Shown one piece after another: positions 24,370 to 36,897 of a stretch of 64,000 nucleotides of DNA (position 1 is the stretch's first letter; every line of letters starts with the position of its first letter). Origin of the DNA: Chiloscyllium plagiosum (Eukaryota); assembly GCF_004010195.1 (NCBI RefSeq), contig NC_057719.1, forward strand, positions 88,486,333 to 88,550,332. Reading direction: 5' to 3'. The notes below the pieces were generated by a model. The model did not search any database. It was not told where the DNA came from and saw only the letters and a list, made by a program, of their open reading frames with translations. Made by a program: the position numbers and the translations under genes.

Positions 24370-27342
24370 ATGGATGACCTCAAAGGTAGATTCACCTTCC
24401 AAAGAGAATTGAAAGACTGCTTTGCATTCTGCTTCACAGAGACATGTCTCACTCCTGCTACAACTGATTATGCCTTATAACCTGAGGGCTTCTCAGTTCA
24501 CTGAATGGACCACTCGATGTCCTCAGACAAAGTGAGGGGTGGTAGGATCTGTCTCCTGATCAACACTTCCTGGTGCTCAGACGTGGTGACCTCGATGAGT
24601 TACTGCTCCCTGGACCTAGAATATCTAATGGTGAAGAACTGTCCATACTGACTGCCACACAAGTTCACCCCTGTGATCCTGACAGTGGTTTACACTCCAT
24701 CCTGCATGGAAGGGAAGAGTGCACTTGACAAAGTATACGATGCTATGAACAGTCTTGAGACAGAATGCCCTGAGGCCTTGTTCTTCGTAGCCAGTGACTT
24801 CAACCAGGCCAACCTCAAGAATGGACTACCAAAATACTGTCCACACAATCTCCTGTCCCCACAAAGGTCTTCGAATATCCTTGCCCATTGCCATACAACT
24901 ATTAATGATGCTTTCCACTCCATCCCCTGTCCGCATTTTGGAAAATCAGATCACAGTACTGTGCTCCTCCTCCCGGGTTACAAGCAGCATTGAAGCATGA
25001 GGACCCAGTACAGAAAGCAATGCAGTGTTGGTCTGAGGAAACAGAAGGACTTCTAAGGGACTGCTTAGAGTTGGTGTATGAGTCCATATCCAAGAATTCA
25101 GAGGCCAGCCTAAACAAGTAGGCTGCTACCGTTACAGACTTCATTAGTGAGTGAGTTCAAGGTTGTATGCCAAAGAAGTTAATCCAAATGTTTCCCAACC
25201 AGAAACCGTGGATGAACCAGGAAATCCACTCCCTACTGAAGTCTAGGTCTGAGGTATTCAAGTGGGGCAATGATGATCTTATATTAGATCAGATTACTTA
25301 CAATATGGAAACAGGCCCTTCAGCCCAACAAGTCCACACCGACCCACCGAAGAGCAACCCACCCAGACCCATTCCCCTACACTTAACACTACGGGCAATT
25401 TAGCATGGCCAATTCACCTAACCGGCACATTTTTGGACTGTGGGAGGAAACCGGAGCACCCGGAGGAAACCCACGCAGACATAGGAAGAATGTGCAAACT
25501 CCACACAGACAGTTGCCTGAGGCAGGAATTGAACCTGGGTCTCTGGCGCTGTGAGGCAGCAGTGCTAACCACTGTGCCACTGCGCCGCCCACCAGGAAAT
25601 CCCAGTACAGCCTTCACAAGGCGGTCAGAGAATCCAAGAGACCATACCAGACTAAACTAGAGTCACAGACTAATGACACAGACACCCATCGTTTGTGGCA
25701 AGGCTTACATGCCATACCGGGCTACAAAGTGAAGTTGAACAGAACCACAGGCAACAGTACATCCTTACCCAGAAAGCTCGCTTTGAACAGAAGGTCAGTG
25801 AAATGATGTCACCTATCCCAACATGCACCTGTACCCACAGTTGCCACCACAGACATTAGATTGGCCTTCTTGAGAGTGGACCCATGGAAAGCGACTGGCC
25901 CAGATGGAATCCCCGGCTATGCACTCAGATCATGTGCAGATCAGTCAGCAGCATGGTGTAAAGACAACAACATCTCCATCAACTTTAGCAAAACGAGGGA
26001 CCCAGTCATCGAGTTCAGGAAGTGGATTGGAGGTCTTTTGTAATCTCTTTTTACTACAATCTGAAGTCCCCACCTGCTTCAAGAAGACCAAGAAAAACCA
26101 TGTAGCGTGCCTTAATGACTACCACCCAGTGTCTCTGGCCTCTATAATTATGATGTGCTTTGAGAAGCTCGTCATGGCACACATTAACTCCACCCTCCCA
26201 GGCTGCCTTGATCCTTTGCGATTCACCTACCGCGCAACAGGTCCAAGGCTCCTACTTATTCACCACAGCTCTGACTTCAACACAATAATTCCGAAGAAAC
26301 TCATCTCCAAACTCTGAGACCTAGGTCTTGGTTGTCCCCTCTGTAACTGGATCCTTGTCTTCCTGACCCACAGACTGCAGTCAGTAAGAATAAGCGACAA
26401 CCATAATCCTTAACACTGGTGACCTGTAAGGCTGTGTGCTCAATCCCCTACTACACTCCTTATAGACTCGCTACTGTGTGGCCAAATTCTTCCCCAAATC
26501 AATTTACAAGTTTGCTGGCAACACCAGTGTTGTAAGTTGAATTTTAAACAGTGACAAGGCAGAGTACAGGAAAGAGATTGAATGTTTAACAGCATGGTGT
26601 AAAGACAGCAATCTCTCCATTAACATCAGCAAAATGAAGGAACTAGTCATTGATTTCAGGAAGTAGAGTGGAGGGCATGCCCCTGCCTGCATCAATGGTG
26701 CTGAGGTTGAGATGGTTGAACGCGACACGTACCTGGGAGTGATGATCACCAACAATCTGTCTTGATCCACCCACTTTGACACACAGTCAAGAAAGCACAA
26801 CAACACCTCAACATCCTCAAGAGGTTAAAGGAAATTCAGCGTGTCCACAAGGATCATTACCAATTTTTATAGATACAATATCTGGGTGCAACACAGCGTG
26901 GTGTGGCAACTGCTCTTCCCAAGACTACAAGAAACTACAGAGAGTCCTGACAGCTCAGACTAACATGAAAGCCCGCCTTCCATCCATTTACTCCATCTGC
27001 GCTTTCTGCTCCATCAGGAAGGCAATGAACATACTCAAAGCCCCCTTCTACCCCATCGATACTCTATTCCACCCTATTGTCAGATAGAAGATATAAACGT
27101 TTGAAACCATCTATGAACAAATTCAAGAACAACATCTTCCACGCTGCCGTCATATTTTTGAATGAACCTGTCAAATTTTAATACTGATCACTCTCTCTGA
27201 ACCTTCCCTGCAGCTGTAATATTGTATTCTATACTCTGCTCTGCTATCCTAATGCACTTTACTACAATCTACCGGTACAGCATGCCAAACAGCACTTTTC
27301 ACTGTACCTTAAAATATGTGAGGACAATAAATCAAATCAAAT
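24370..27342 (+). mobile_element. Decayed Rex1/Babar non-LTR retrotransposon (APE endonuclease plus RT), inserted in a CR1 tail (24240-24368 / 27343-27570)
   Basis: EN ILTVVYTP, VASDFNQANLK, HFGKSDH; FPNQKPWMN; KATGPDGIPG; CLNDYHPVSLASIIMMCFEKLV; 3' tail gacaataaatcaaatcaaat. Confidence 0.85.
25284..25590 (-). mobile_element. HE1-like SINE inside the Rex1 element
   Basis: Full head, V-domain and tail. Confidence 0.92.
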
Positions 27343-27589
27343 TTATCTGTCTCAGATTTAAGTTAACAACTGATCTGGCCATTTGTGTAAGAGAGTTCCA
27401 AATCTCTACCATCCTTTGTGTGTAGAAGTGCTTCTTGACATCTTTCCTGAATGACATGCCCCTAATTCTCAGACTATGCCCTCTAGTTCTCAAATCTCCA
27501 ACCAGTGGAAATAGATTATCTTTATCTACCCTGTCATTTCCTGTTAATGTCCTGAAGACTTCAATCAGACCACAAGTGGGAGCTAACCA

Positions 27590-28070
27590 GGGTTTGTGTA
27601 TGTGTGGAATGAGCAGCTAGGGGAAATGGTGGCAGCTGGTATAATTACAGCATTTAAAAGGCATCTGGATGGTTATATGAATAGGAAGGGTTTAGAGGGA
27701 CATGGGTCAAATGGTGGCAAATGGGACTAGATTTATTTCAGATATCTGGTTGACATGGAGGAGTTGGGTTGATGGGTCGATGAAGTATAACTCATACATC
27801 CTTATACTCTAGATATATTCCATTAGTGATGTTGATTATTTTCTGTACCTATCCTTAACATTTTGAAGATTTATGCACCTCAACCCCCAAGGCTCTCTGG
27901 ACATCCACTGTATTTAACCTCATATAATCTGGAAAGTTCCCTGATCCATCCTTTTTGTCAGTCCAGAATGGATAACTTCTCACCTGTTTACATTGAACTC
28001 CATCTGCTGCAGTTTTGCCCATTCACATAGTCTACCAATATCCCTTTGTACGTTTATGCTATCATCTACA
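27590..28070. mobile_element. Two CR1 fragments (~27590-27780 on +, ~27800-28070 on -)
   Basis: catttaaaaggcatctggatgg 3' UTR; VQRDIGRLCEWAKLQQMEFNV on minus. Confidence 0.7.
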
Positions 28071-28384
28071 ATGCTGAGAGAGCGAGAGAGTGTGAGCGAG
28101 AGAGTCAGAACGAACGAACCAGAGGCAGATTCGATGGAGTATTGACAGGCGCTCCTCTCCAGTAGCAGCCTCTGTGGGGGGGGGCAACCAGGTGCCATTT
28201 GTATCGCTGTGCTGCTGCACCCTGTGGGTAATGAGAGTCATTCTGTCCCTCATCTCGGTCTGCTGTCCCTCCTTGTTTATGTGGGTAAAATCCCTGATTG
28301 CTGACACCACGGGATCCACTCCCACCGGGGACTGAGCAGATCAGTTGTCTCCAACAGTCCTCCAAGCAGAGTATCTCTTTGGGG

Positions 28385-29240
28385 TCAGAGAGATGTACAG
28401 CATGAAAACAGACCGTTCGGTCCAACCTGTCTAAGCCCACCAGATAAACTAAATTAATTGAGTTTCATCTCTCAGCATTTAGCCCATATTCCTCTCAATC
28501 CTTTCCATTAAACACCCATCCAGATGCCTTTTAAATGCTGTACCAGCCTCCACCATCTCCTCTGGCAGGTCATTCTGTACATGCACCATCCTCTGCATGA
28601 AAAAGTTGCCCCTTAGGTCCCTTTTAGATCTTTTCCCTCTCACCCTAAACCTATGCCCTCTAGTTTCGGACTCCCCCAAGCAGGGAAAATGACCTTGGCT
28701 ATTTATCCTATCCATGCCTCTCAAGATTTTATAAGGTCACCCCATAGCATCTGATGCTCCAGGGAATATAGCCCCAGTCTTTTTAGCCCCTACTTTTAGC
28801 TCAAAACATCCAAAATTGGTAAAATGCTTGCAAATCTTGCCTGAACCCTTTCAAGATTAACAACCTCTTTCCTTTAGTAAGGAGATGTGAATCGAACACA
28901 GTATTCCAAAAGTGTCATAACCAATGTCCTGTACAAATCCAACATGACTTCCTGGTACTCAATACTCTGACCAATAAAGGCAAATGTACCAAACACCTTC
29001 TTCACTATATTGTATACCACTTTCAAGGAATTATAAACCTGTACCCCAATGTCTCTTTGTTCAGCAACACTTCCCAGGATCCTACCATTAAGTGCCCTGC
29101 CCTGATTTGCCTTATCCAAATGCAGCACTTAACTTTATCTAAATTAAACTACATCTACCACTTCTTGGCCCATTGACCCATCTGATCAAGGTCTCATTGT
29201 ATTCTGAGATAATCTTCTCCACTGTCCACTACAGCACTTA
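28385..29240 (-). mobile_element. CR1 3' fragment
   Basis: EQRDIGVQV, LYRTLVMTLLEYCVRF, RGNFFMQRMVHVQNDLPEE. Confidence 0.88.
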
Positions 29241-29504
29241 TTTCTACCTCGGCTAACTGTAAAGCTGTCACAGTCAGGTGCTCACCAGTCTGTGCTCCCA
29301 AACTTTCTGATGTTCCCACCGAGCTGGTCAGGAACACTGGACACATAAGGGGAAAAGATGTCACAGCCAATACTTGCAAGTGGGCGGTGAGCAATGATTG
29401 AGAATAGCAGAGATTGAGAATAGCATAAGAGTAACAGTGCCTTAAATGTCTTGTATCCCTGGAGGACTAGCCCCGGCCTTCTTCAAGGGCAAGTGATGCC
29501 CAAT

Positions 29505-29800
29505 TGTTGATGGACTGTTAATCTGGAGGAAATGTTCTGAGCACCTGGGTTCAAATCCTGCCATGGCAAAAGATGGAATTTGAATTCAATAAAAATCTGA
29601 AATTGAGAGTTTAATGATGACCATGAATCCAGTCAGGAAAAACCTACATAGTTCATTAATATCCTTTTGGGAAGGAAATCTGTCATCCTTACCCGGCCTG
29701 GTCCACATGCGATTCCAGACCCAGATTCTTATGTGCCCCCTGCGATGGGCAATAAATGCTGGCCTCGCCAGCAATGCCCTCATCCAATGAGCGAATTAAA
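29505..29800 (+). mobile_element. tRNA-headed SINE with a LINE-shared tail
   Basis: B box gggttcaaatcc, gggaaggaaatctgtcatccttac, tail gatgggcaataaatgctggcctcgccagc. Confidence 0.7.
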
Positions 29801-30909
29801 AAAAACTTCATGGGGATAAGGAACTTGAAGTCAAACTCCCTCCACACATCTGTGCTATCTCTGCCCTGGTGAAATAAGAGATTAGGTGAGATGAAAGTGG
29901 GTGGCACAGTTTGTGGAGGCAGGTGAAAGATGGGGAGGCGTCCTTGGGGGGGTGAGTAGGCAATTCAGAGGAGGGCCGACTGGGTTATAGTGGGGTTGGG
30001 GATGGGTGAGACGGGGGTATGGGAAGATGTTGCAGGAAACAGTAAGGGCAGCAGAGCTTGAGCCTTACTTGGAGTTGGGCGCAGTGGCCGAGATAGAGCG
30101 AGGGTGCTGTGAGTGAAGATGGTGTTATAGGTATGAGTAACGCTTGTTTCATTGAATCAATGAATAACGCTTGATTCATTGAAAGAATGATTGAAGTGTG
30201 ATTCAATGAATGAATGCATTAAGCTGGAGACTTTGAAATAATGAGATATGCTCTACTCATTGAATTAAGAACAGAGGATGAGGTGGTGGACTCTCTTGTG
30301 TCACTGCTGGGTCATTCATCTGTGGAGACTGGACTGACGTGGGTGGTGGTCTGGGACCACTATGCCAGGGTTTTGACCTTGTCTCTCACTCCCTGGGGTA
30401 AGGGACTCTGCCTCTCTACACCAACCGTTGCACCAGGACATCCGCTTCCCTATCAGAGAATTGCTGCAACCTTTGCTCCTGCCCTGATATATTCTGGAAA
30501 ACTCTGAGTGGGGGAGCATGGGAATGCCAGTGCTGCTCTGGGGGCACAGTTCACCTTTCAATGTGGAGCTGGTCTTTTGGCAGATATTGGACAAATGGTG
30601 AGCTTTTCCAGGAATGGCGCATGATAGAAAGGGAGTGGAATGAGATGAAGGGATAGGGGATCAGAGCAGGGTCGAATATTAATGTAGCGAGTCTGGGACG
30701 ATACGGTGAGAGATCTTACTAGGCCTTCACAGTGAGAATCCCACTGTGTAACACAACTAAACTGACGTCTCGTCAAAAAATAAACCCTGTGACATTCAGC
30801 TTCTGCTTCTTGTGGAGACAGTGTATGTGGGATTCTATTGATCAATTACTTTAAAAGTGCAATAGACACATTAAAGGTAGTATACGCTTCAAATATTATG
30901 TAGATAAGT

Positions 30910-31385
30910 AGAGTCATAGAGTTACAGTCGCATGGATCAGAAACTGGCCCTTCAGCCCAACTCTTCCATGCTGACCAGGTCTCCCAAATTAAGCTGGCTT
31001 GTCCTCTTAAACCTTTTCTATCCATATACCTGATTAAATGTCTTTTAAATATTGTAAATGTACCCGATTCTACCATTTCATTTAGCAGCTCATTCTATAC
31101 ACACACCACCTTCTGCGTGAAAAATTTGCCCCTCAGGTCCCTTTTAAATCTTTCCCCTCTCACCTTCTGTTTTTGACTCCCCTATCCTAGGGAAAAGACT
31201 TTTGCCATTCGCCTGTCATGATTTTATAAACCTCTATAAGGTCACCCCTCAACCACCTACACTGCAGGGAAAAATTTCCCAGCCTATCCAAACTCTCTTT
31301 ATAACTCAAACTCTCCAATCCTGGTGACATCCTTGTAAATCTTTTCTGTACCTTTTCCAATTAATAATATCCTTCCTGTAGTAGG
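30910..31385 (-). mobile_element. CR1 3' fragment
   Basis: (gagtcata) tail and ttttataaacctctataaggtcacccctc. Confidence 0.85.
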
Positions 31386-31979
31386 CAAGGCGACTAGAGT
31401 TGTACACAGTACATCTACATCTTGCAAAGCCGCAACATGACAGGCCAAATCCTGTACTATTGTGAAATAACATTTCTTCTACAAAAAAGTGGGAATGATG
31501 AAGTGCTGCAAATTGACATTGCAGGTTTGAAACAATTACAGGAGACAAAGGAAAATCTCTGAAATTAAGCAAGTTATTAACAGTCGGACTGTTTTCCAAC
31601 ACTGCGGGTCTACCTACTGTGTATGGACTGCAGTGCTTCAAACTCATCACCATCTTCTCAGGGGCAATTAGAGACGGGCGATAGAGGCTGGCCCAACCGA
31701 TGGTGTCTCATGAACCAATGGAAATGAAAAGTCATCTTAAGGGATAGCTGTAATGCATCACAAAATGTCCGAATGCAGTAAGCAAGGCAGAGAAGGTTAG
31801 AAACAGAGCCAATCTTAACCAGTTTTGTAAGATTTTATTCACAGAGATGCATATTACAAGCAAGCATCTTCTAACCCAGTTTCAGTCTGTTCCTCTGTTT
31901 GTGGTGAATCCCCTGTTCACGTTGGCTATCTGAATACAATTAAATACAGCCAATGTACAATTGACAGGGGGGGGGTCAC

Positions 31980-32290
31980 TTATGGCACAGTGATAGTGTA
32001 CATATCCCTAGACCAGGAGGCTTGGAATCGAGTCCCACCTGCTCCAGAGGTGCATAATAACATCTCTGAACAGGTTGAATAGAAAAATAGGTTAATTTTT
32101 AAAAAAAAAACAAAGAACAGAAGGTTGTAGTGGCAGTGTCCCCACCTCTGAACCAGAAAGGCTGAGTGCAAGTCCCATCTGTTCCAGAGGTATGTAGTGA
32201 CATCTCTGTGCAGGTTGATTGGAAAAGCATAAGGGCTCTTCTAGTGTAGTGGTAATGTCCCTACTGCTAGGCCAGATGACCTGGGTGTGT
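31980..32290 (+). mobile_element. Tandem trio of short tRNA-headed SINE-like units
   Basis: Three A-box-like starts at ~31982, ~32123 and ~32241. The first two continue into agtcccac/tctg.tccagaggt...catctctg..caggttga. Confidence 0.55.
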
Positions 32291-32957
32291 GCACATGTAA
32301 GATGCTGAATAGAATGATTCAAATGACTACAATTAACAGATTAGCCTTGGGGGAGGAGTGCACTATCTCCCCCCTCTGTTACTGCTTTGATTTATTTCCT
32401 GATTCATCCTTCAATTTTGTTTTTGTTGTACTGCCCCTGGTACTTGGTGCTTGTATTTCGTTAAGATTGTTCTAAGAAAAATATTACAGTTAACAAAAAT
32501 GCAATTATCTCTCTCGCGGAATTAGTGTTTGTATGTGCAGCCAAAATTTCAAAGCAAATGAAATCAAAAAGATCGGCATACGCTGCACAAAGCATTACTC
32601 TGTGAGAGGCTCCTTCAGCACCCGTAAACATTTCTTTGTGAGTTACTCTCTCTTATTTTATTTTGAGATTTATTCATGGGATGTGGGCAAGGCTGGCTGG
32701 GCCCAGCATTTATTGCTTGCCCATAAGTTGCCCCTGTCAAAGTGATGGTGAGCTACCTTCTTGAACCGCTGCAGTCTATGGTTGATCACAATGTTGTTAG
32801 TTACTGTGACTACTGCTGCCTCTTTGAATTGCTAAAATATTTGGAATTTCTTTGTTGAAATAATGTGCAAGTTTATGAGGTGATGTAAGAGTGCACTGGA
32901 GGTGACTGTTAAAAATGGAATAGCTGATCAAAATTAATATTTTAGACTGTACATCAA

Positions 32958-33155
32958 AAAGTCAGAAGTCACACCATAAGAGGTTATAGTTTAACAGGTT
33001 TATTTGTAATCACAGGCTTTCGGAGCACTGCTCCTTCATCAGGCGAAGTCACCTCAAAAGCTTGTGATTTCAATTAAACCTGTTGGACTTTAACCTGGTT
33101 TCATGTGACTTCTGACTTTATCCACCCCAGTCCAACACCAGCACTTCCAGATCAT
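32958..33155. mobile_element. Short fold-back element, arm family C
   Basis: aaagtcagaagtcac / gtgacttctgacttt arms and a ~35-nt tail ccaccccagtccaacaccagcacttcca. The minus strand has CTGATGA-a-GGAGC-agt-GCTCC-GAAA at ~33018-33042. Confidence 0.82.
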
Positions 33156-34477
33156 TTGAAAAAGAAACATGTTTTGGCATCCATCTGGAATGATGAGTCT
33201 GTCAGGGTTGGAGCATCAAATTGAGCAAAATGATTTCCTTGTGAAAGAGAAAGCTTAAATTTGAGTTCAACTTGGAAGGTGCTGTCCACTCCTTGGTTTC
33301 CCAGTGGGATGGATTTGAAAGATAGAGAAGAATTCCTTTTATTAACAAAAGCTGCCACACATACATTCAGCAATCAGGATCTTCATCCACTGAGATGGAG
33401 CGAACCAAATAACCCACAGGAGCAAAGAGAGGTTCCTGCATTTTAAAACAAAAGGGAAAAATTGAAACCGTCTTTCAAAGGAAGCAGGGGAAGGGTTAAC
33501 TGTCTCCAGTCAGGGATCACTGAACATCTAGATCCAGAAACAAGGCTAAGCAGTACATGAATGGCAATTCAGACTGTTTCCCCATGTGGATGGGAAATGT
33601 CAAACAATGGGTGCGATGATCATTAATCATGACCTTGAATGTGGAGAGGGAGAGACAAGTTAATAGCATGTGGTAATAGATTGCACTACAAAGCTGGAAC
33701 TGCTTGTTCAGGCATTGTATATTACATGGTTCCACTTACATAGGACAAAAAAAAATCAGTTTATCTTAATGAAGGCAATGTTAGTACAGAGGAATCTGCA
33801 GACAGATAGTTAGGCTCTGGGTTAGCTATTCACAGTAAAAGGACGGATAGTAAAAGGTTTGACTGATTGAAGGTAAAGAAAGGTGAATTGTGCATTTAGC
33901 GTGAAGGATAACTTGCACGGTTTCAGATTTCATGAAACATTAAACCAACATTGCACTTCAGAAATGTCATTTGGTAAAGTTTACACTTCAGCAAACTCAC
34001 AACAGTTGAAGCAAAAAAAAGTTCTTCAGTCTGTAAAAGGGTCTTGAAAGGTGAATGATTGACTGAGAAATGACAAAAGTAGGGAAACAGAGTGGAAATA
34101 AGGATTCTGGTGCTGAGCACGAAACATAGCATGTGTTACTTTATGGCACCCAGTGAATTCAGATTGTAAAGGTATGATAGCATAAAGGGCAAGTGGACTG
34201 TGTTCAGTTTGATATATTGATGGAGGTTTCATCACAGAATAGAAATGATATGCTCTTCCAAACAGGTAACACTTAAGGCACCATAGTCCCAGAGGGCTGC
34301 TCTCTTATTAGATAGGGTCACCACACCTCAGCAGAGGTGAGAGGTTGAGATGGAGAGTCCTTCATGATAACCTCAGCCAGGCCAGGGATAGAACCCCTGC
34401 TATTGGTGCTATTCTGCAAAGCAAACCAGCTGTCCAGCCAACTGAGCTAGCTAGCAGGTTTGGCAAGATGGCTAATT

Positions 34478-34789
34478 TTAGATTACTTACAGTGTGGAAA
34501 CAGGCCCTTCAGCCCAACAAGTCCACACCGACCCGCCGAAGCGTAACCCGCCTAGACCCATTCCCCTACATTTACCCCTTCACCTAACACTACGGGCAAT
34601 TTAACTTGGCCAATTCACCTAACTTGCACATTTTTGGACTGTGGGAGGAAACCAGAGCACCCGGAGGGAACCCACGCAGACACGGGGAGAACATGCAAAC
34701 TCCACACAGAGAGTTGCCTGAGGCGGGAATTGAACCTGGGTCTCCGGTGCTGTAAGGCAGCAGTGCTAACCACTGTGCCACCGTGTCGC
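34478..34789 (-). mobile_element. HE1-like SINE
   Basis: Full length; gctaat is present on both flanks. Confidence 0.92.
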
Positions 34790-35540
34790 TAATGGGAGGA
34801 TCTAACCAGTTCTCAACTCTATCCTATAATTAAGGTTTCCATGTGTTTATCAGATTGTGTATCATCCTTCAGTGATTGCCTCTCTTAGTGTTGATAAACT
34901 GTAAATAGAACTAACGTGTAACAAAAACTAATGTGAACTCACTCTTACATCTCATGAAGCGATGTCATATATCTCAGATGTAATGCCACTAGCTATTAAG
35001 TAACATGAAGTAAACCCATTTACTGTTCACCAAGATTAAGCCTATCTTCTGCTCATCATCCAGTGGAACATGGGATTGGGTGGGGGATGTTACAAGATCA
35101 GGATAAGAAACCAATCATTTCAGAGGAATAATGTCTTCACTCAGGCAGTTGTGAATCTTTAGAATTCAAGAAGAAGAATTAACTTTATAGTTACACATGC
35201 TCACACGAGTGAAAAGTTTACAAGTCTCCACTTATAGTGTTATGTTAATATACCAAGGTACCTAGTTAAAGATTTTTAAGTACAAGTTTTCAGGGAAATA
35301 AATCTAATGCCCAGCAATGAATTAGAAAAACAGAGAAATAAGATTTCAGAACGACAGCTCTTCCAACTTAGAATGGGCCAGGAGTCTGAGTCCACTCTGA
35401 GGCCGGGGGTTCATGTCCACGCTGAGGCCAGGGGCTCATGTCCATTCTCAGGCTGGGGGTTCATGTCCACGCTGAGGCCTGGGGGGGGGGGTCGAGTCCA
35501 CTCTGAGGCCGGGGGTTTGAGTCCACACTGAGGCCGGGAG

Positions 35541-35890
35541 TTATAGAGTCATACAATCCCACAGTATGGAAACAGGCCCTTCGGCCTAGCAAGTCCACAC
35601 TGACCCTTTGAAGAGTATTCCACCCAGACCCACAATTACTCTGCATTTACCCCTAACTAATGCACCTAACCGACATACCCCATGAATACTACGGGCAATT
35701 TAGCGTGATAAATTCACCTGACCTGCACATCTTTGGAATGTGAGAGGAAACCGGAGCACCCGGAGGAAACCCACGCAGACACGGGGAGAATGTGCAAACT
35801 CCACACAGACAGTTACCTGAGGCTGGAAACAAACCCAGGTCCCTGGCACTGTGGGACAGCAGTGCTAACCACTGAGCCACCGGGCCACCC
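35541..35890 (-). mobile_element. HE1-like SINE
   Basis: Head, V-domain and tail are present. Confidence 0.9.
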
Positions 35891-36277
35891 CAAAAATGAG
35901 AAAGGTCACTGTGTTACATTGGGAAATGGGGCAGATTATTCACTGTTTTATATCAGGTTCTGGGAGTGTGTGGAGCGGCTGAGTCAGAGTCCACACTAGC
36001 CTGAGAGTCTGCACTGGCTTTCACTCCTGACATCACCAATGTCGCACAGACAGTCACCTGAGGCTGGAAACAAACCCAGGTCCCTGGCACTGTGGGACAG
36101 CAATGCTAACCAGTGAGCCACCGGGCCACCCCAAAAATAAGAAAGGTTACATTGGGAAATGGGGCAGATTGTTCACTGTTTTATATCAGGTTCTGGGAGT
36201 GTGTGGAGCGGCTGAGTCAGAGTCCACACTAGCCTGAGAGTCTGCACTGGCTTTCACTCCTGACATCACCAATGTCG
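35804..36277 (+). repeat. Tandem duplication of ~240 bp (35804-36044 / 36045-36277)
   Basis: Near-identical copies spanning the SINE head and its flank, with one 8-bp indel. Confidence 0.92.
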
Positions 36278-36897
36278 TCTGAAGGCGGGAGGTAAAAACA
36301 GAAAGGAAAATGCACGAAAAGAGAAACAAAGGAAAGAAACGGATGGAGCAGACAAGCTCTGGCTCAGGAGTCCTGCTTTGCCACCCTCTGAGAGACATCT
36401 GTTACTCCAGAGGGCTGTGGATGCTCCATTTCTGAATGCACTTAAGATTTGGAGGTGCCGGTGTTGGGCTGGTGTGAACCAAGTCTATGTCTTTATATCT
36501 TTATGTCTATTTTCTTGGCGCACCATCTTCATGCAGTAATTGGAGAGTGAATTCTTCACTCTCAATCTTGACTCTCTCTAAACCATGCGACAGACACTTC
36601 GGATAAAGTGTAAAAACACACAACCTCGGATAACATTCTTCTAATTCCTGCCCGCAGGGTGTCTTTCCACAATCCTGGTGATTAATCTTTAATTCTCGGA
36701 GGCTCCAGAACAACCCTGGAGCTTGGTAATCCTCAGGGAAAGTTGCATCTGTCTGACTGCACACAAAAGTCTAGGGGTGATTAGCAGCCTGATTAATGCT
36801 GATTACCTGCCCAGTTATTTCTCTCAGTAAGACACTGGGAACTCTCATGAATAGTTCAAGTGTCTGAATACTACAATAAACAGCAGTTATTCCACAT

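Larger units (their letters stand above)
35168..36398 (-). mobile_element. Non-coding Rex/L2-tailed element with an internal 25-bp minisatellite, inserted in a CR1 3' fragment and itself hosting a SINE
   Basis: The CR1 is collinear across it (gtgaatctttagaattc | ctccagagggctgtggatgctcc). The minus-strand tail is cttttcactc...catgtgtaactataaa. About 6 units of ggccggggg..gtccac.ctga lie at 35377-35539. Confidence 0.55.
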
